A stretch of DNA of 64,000 nucleotides. Source: Octopus bimaculoides (Eukaryota). The translations under genes were made by a program, and so were the position numbers. The DNA lies in NCBI RefSeq assembly GCF_001194135.2, contig NC_068985.1, forward strand, positions 23,208,191 through 23,272,190, given 5' to 3'. Below are positions 63,851-64,000 of the stretch, piece after piece (positions within the stretch are counted from its first letter, which is position 1; every line of letters starts with the position of its first letter). A model generated the notes under the pieces. The model did no database searches. It worked only from the letters and a program-made list of their open reading frames with translations, and had not been told where the DNA came from.

Positions 63851-64000
63851 CTTAAATATATATGCATGTATGTACCATCATCATTTAATGTTCATTTTTC
63901 CATGCTTACATAGATTAGATGGATTTTAATTGAGGCAGATTTTCTCTAGGTAGATACCTTTTCTGTAGCCAACCCTCACCTGTTTCCAAGGAAGGTAATA

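Overview
AT-rich, repeat-dense animal genomic DNA with 7 assembly gaps. The SINE/LINE landscape and microsatellite load point to an Octopus-type cephalopod (inference). One gene is well supported: an 8-exon RRP7A homolog on + (ATG 16130, stop 39091, 267 aa, all introns GT-AG and phase-consistent). A probable divergent first exon starts on - about 60 bp upstream and may splice to a short terminal exon, giving a 55-aa tail-anchored microprotein (unproven). The rest is transposon-derived: RTE, CR1-like and R4/NeSL-like LINE fragments, several tRNA-derived SINE families, two full-length decayed mariners with TIRs and TA TSDs, hAT- and piggyBac-type MITEs, a pogo remnant, a probable solo LTR and a HINE-like element. 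The most interesting non-annotated signal is a type I hammerhead ribozyme with an intact catalytic core at 62188-62231. It sits in a ~343-bp structured, non-coding insert bounded by a 14-bp direct repeat, resembling a retrozyme. A second, decayed hammerhead lies in sense orientation in RRP7A intron 3 (22111-22154). All alignments and foldings were done by eye; no database search was run, and repeat boundaries are approximate unless a TIR or TSD is quoted.
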